From Deltaproteobacteria bacterium (lineage in GTDB: Bacteria; Desulfobacterota; Deferrimicrobia; Deferrimicrobiales; Deferrimicrobiaceae), in contig JAKAHC010000002.1 in the NCBI GenBank assembly GCA_021815305.1, forward strand, positions 224,112 to 288,111: 64,000 bases of DNA, read 5' to 3'. Positions 61,827 to 64,000 of the stretch are shown here, one piece after another (the stretch's first letter is position 1; the number at the start of each line of letters is the position of its first letter). The position numbers were made by a program, and so were the translations under genes. Below the pieces are notes generated by a model. It searched no databases, was not told the DNA's origin, and worked only from the letters and a program-made list of their open reading frames with translations.

Positions 61827-63805
61827 GCGCCCCTCGACATGCCTGCTCTGAGGTCGACGAAAAGCTCGGCGGAGAGCGCGTCCGCCGGCGGACGCGCCGC
61901 CACGAACGCCTGGTGAACGATCTGGGCGGAAAGGATCCCCGAAAGCGCCATGCCGTCCACCTCGCTCGCGCGGGGAACGCTTCTCATCTTCCGGAGCAGA
62001 CCCTCTACCTTCACTCCGTCGAAGAGCCCGGCATCTCGGATGGCCTCGGCAGAAAGTACGGCCGGCGTCGGATCTCCCTCGGGAAGAAGGCTCTCGCGGA
62101 TCGGTGCCCGATACGGATGTTTCGATCGGCTCAGGATCTCGTCCGGCACGAGATCCTGGCCGATCTTCTTCAACAACGTCTTTTCCGTCAGCCCGAATAC
62201 CTTGTGGCGCGTCGGCAGCCGGGAGAGAAACTCCATCAGCCGGTAATCCAGATAGGGAAGCCGGATCTCGACGGAATGTCCCATCGCCACCCGGTCTCCC
62301 TGCGAGGAAAGCAGGTATTTCGACAGGAAGGTAACGATCTCAAGGTATTGCGCGCGCGCGAGCGGATCCGCCGAATGGAATCCGACCGGCAGCATCGCTG
62401 CAAGCTCCTCCAATGCATCGTAGCCGCGAACGGCGGTCCGGATCGCCCCCCCGAAAAAAGTCTTGATCCTCGCCGTGTTCTCCCAACGGATCCTGTGGGA
62501 GAAGAACCTGTCGCCCGGATCGTCGATCCCGTTCGCAAAGAACGCCCGGAGCGTTTCCCGCAGCCTCGGGTCGCCGAAAAGGTACGGGTAGAGCTTCTCG
62601 ATGAGCAGCGGTCGAAGCCGCGATGTCGGATCCCTCGACCAGAACCACCGTACGAGCGTCTCGCGGAAGATGTCGTACCCGCCGAAGAACTCGTCCGCAC
62701 CTTCGCCGGTCAACACCACTTTGAACCCTGACTCACGGACGATCCCGGACAGGAAATACATCGGGACCGGGGCCGTCCGCAGCACGGGTGTTTCGCAACA
62801 CCGCACGACCTCGTCGAAACCTCGCCCGATCTCGGCGTTTCCCGCCCGGATTCGCGTGTGCTCCGTCCCGAGGTGGTTCACCATTCTTTCCTGGTAGCGC
62901 TCCTCGTCGAAGGTCGCCTCCTGGAATCCGATCCCGAAGGTTTTCAGGCGGTTATCGAAGCGCCCTTGGACCATCGCCGCGATCAAGGAGGAATCGAGGC
63001 CGCCGCTGACGTAACACCCCACGGGGACGTCCGCCCGCAGGCGGATGCGGACGGCATCGAAGAGGAGTTCGGTGCACCGCTCGCGAATTTCCTCGTCCGC
63101 GAGGTTCAGCCGCTCCTCGGGCGGCACGATGGGGAGTTCCCAGTATTTCCCGATCCGAACGCCGCCCTCCGACGCCAAGAGGAAATGCCCGGGCAGGAGC
63201 TCTTCGATCCCCTGGAAAAATGTCCTCCCGGGAAGCGTCGACCAGAAGGTGAAGATCTGGTCGAGCGCCCGCGGATCGATCCGGCGGGGCACGAAGGGGT
63301 CCTGGAAGAGTGCCTTGATCTCGGACGCGAATCGGATGCATCCTCCGCCGACATGGTAGTGCAGTGGCCGGATTCCGATCCGGTCTCTGGCCAGGAACAG
63401 CGTGTTCCTTTTCGCATCCCAGATGGCGATGGCAAACTGTCCGTTCAGTTCCACTAGGCAATCAGGCCCTTTATCCTCATAAAGATGAAGTATCACTTCC
63501 GTATCGGTCGAGGTGTAGAACCGGTGCCCGCGCGACAAGAGGCTTTCCCGCAGTTCGGGGTAGTTGAAGACCTCCCCGTTGTATACGATCCAGAGCGTGC
63601 CGTCCTCGTTATGGATCGGCTGTGCGCCTCCCGCAAGGTCGATGATGCTCAGGCGCGTGTGGACGAGGCCCGCCCGGTCATCCACATAGATCCCGGTACC
63701 GTCAGGTCCCCTGTGACGGAGCGCGCCCGCCATCCGGGCGAGGATCTCGACCGAGATCGTCCCGGGCGCTCCGTTATGAACGATGATCCCTGCGATTCCG
63801 CACAT
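61823..63805 (-). CDS. Asparagine synthase (glutamine-hydrolysing) family amidotransferase (exosortase-associated type).
   Basis: The N-terminus MCGIAGII is Ntn-hydrolase sequence with the catalytic Cys2. The PP-loop YVSGGLDSSLIAA is present. The ORF is 660 aa. Confidence 0.85.
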   Translation of the reverse strand: MCGIAGIIVHNGAPGTISVEILARMAGALRHRGPDGTGIYVDDRAGLVHTRLSIIDLAGGAQPIHNEDGTLWIVYNGEVFNYPELRESLLSRGHRFYTSTDTEVILHLYEDKGPDCLVELNGQFAIAIWDAKRNTLFLARDRIGIRPLHYHVGGGCIRFASEIKALFQDPFVPRRIDPRALDQIFTFWSTLPGRTFFQGIEELLPGHFLLASEGGVRIGKYWELPIVPPEERLNLADEEIRERCTELLFDAVRIRLRADVPVGCYVSGGLDSSLIAAMVQGRFDNRLKTFGIGFQEATFDEERYQERMVNHLGTEHTRIRAGNAEIGRGFDEVVRCCETPVLRTAPVPMYFLSGIVRESGFKVVLTGEGADEFFGGYDIFRETLVRWFWSRDPTSRLRPLLIEKLYPYLFGDPRLRETLRAFFANGIDDPGDRFFSHRIRWENTARIKTFFGGAIRTAVRGYDALEELAAMLPVGFHSADPLARAQYLEIVTFLSKYLLSSQGDRVAMGHSVEIRLPYLDYRLMEFLSRLPTRHKVFGLTEKTLLKKIGQDLVPDEILSRSKHPYRAPIRESLLPEGDPTPAVLSAEAIRDAGLFDGVKVEGLLRKMRSVPRASEVDGMALSGILSAQIVHQAFVAARPPADALSAELFVDLRAGMSRGA

Positions 63806-63814
63806 ATTGAAGCG

Positions 63815-64000
63815 TCAGGCAGGCTTAGGAGCGCCCAGCTTGCGTTCCAGATAGCCGCAGATGTTCTTCAGGCTGTTCAGGTTGTCCGGCGCAATCTCTC
63901 CATCCTCGACGCGGATTCCGAACGTCTTCTCCAGATAGCCGACCAGTTCGAGGACGCCGGTCGAATCGATGATTCCGTTCTCGAGGAACTGCGTGTCCTC
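63815..64000 (-). CDS. Acyl carrier protein. The C-terminal 61 codons are present and the N-terminus lies outside the window.
   Basis: The reverse-complement frame reads ...ENGIIDSTGVLELVGYLEKTFGIRVEDGEI...*. The DS motif is the phosphopantetheine attachment site. It ends 9 nt before the AsnB-like gene. Confidence 0.7.
   Translation of the reverse strand, partial: EDTQFLENGIIDSTGVLELVGYLEKTFGIRVEDGEIAPDNLNSLKNICGYLERKLGAPKPA

Overview
This is a 64-kb, high-GC (roughly 65%), very gene-dense bacterial chromosomal segment. From position 1 to about 49.9 kb, 46 consecutive genes sit on the minus strand with many 1-34 nt start/stop overlaps. They are mostly housekeeping genes: pdhB/pdhA, apt, an NlpD-like M23 peptidase with pcm and surE, and a MerR regulator next to the ihfA-pheT-pheS-rplT-rpmI-infC-thrS block. 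Further along are a DUF512 radical-SAM-like gene, pgsA, hflX, dnaE, guaA/guaB, ppx, yihY, der, era, rnc, mtaB, mnmA, iscS/iscR, cysE, comEA, cimA, lysC, tsaE, nnr, acpS, pdxJ, glmM, cdaR-cdaA, folP, ftsH and tilS. Three tRNA genes are embedded among them (Arg-CCT, Pro-GGG, Val-GAC). From about 45.9 kb the content changes to an accessory-type cell-surface locus. It holds FN3-like lipoproteins, a PrsT-like TPR lipoprotein, a GAF-GGDEF-GAF-HD-GYP c-di-GMP enzyme and two PEP-CTERM proteins with near-identical sorting tails. It also encodes an NtrC-family sigma-54-dependent response regulator with a PAS histidine kinase, nadE and a disrupted rfbA. At the right edge are an exosortase and exosortase-associated acyl-CoA ligase, an AsnB-like amidotransferase and an ACP. 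Near-consensus sigma-54 (-24/-12) promoters precede the PEP-CTERM genes, the c-di-GMP gene and the FN3 lipoprotein genes, which suggests one enhancer-binding-protein-controlled regulon. I found no rRNA, CRISPR array or mobile element. All calls rest on reading the ORF translations and the raw sequence by eye, with no database searches run. Regulatory-element coordinates are approximate (about +/-2 nt).
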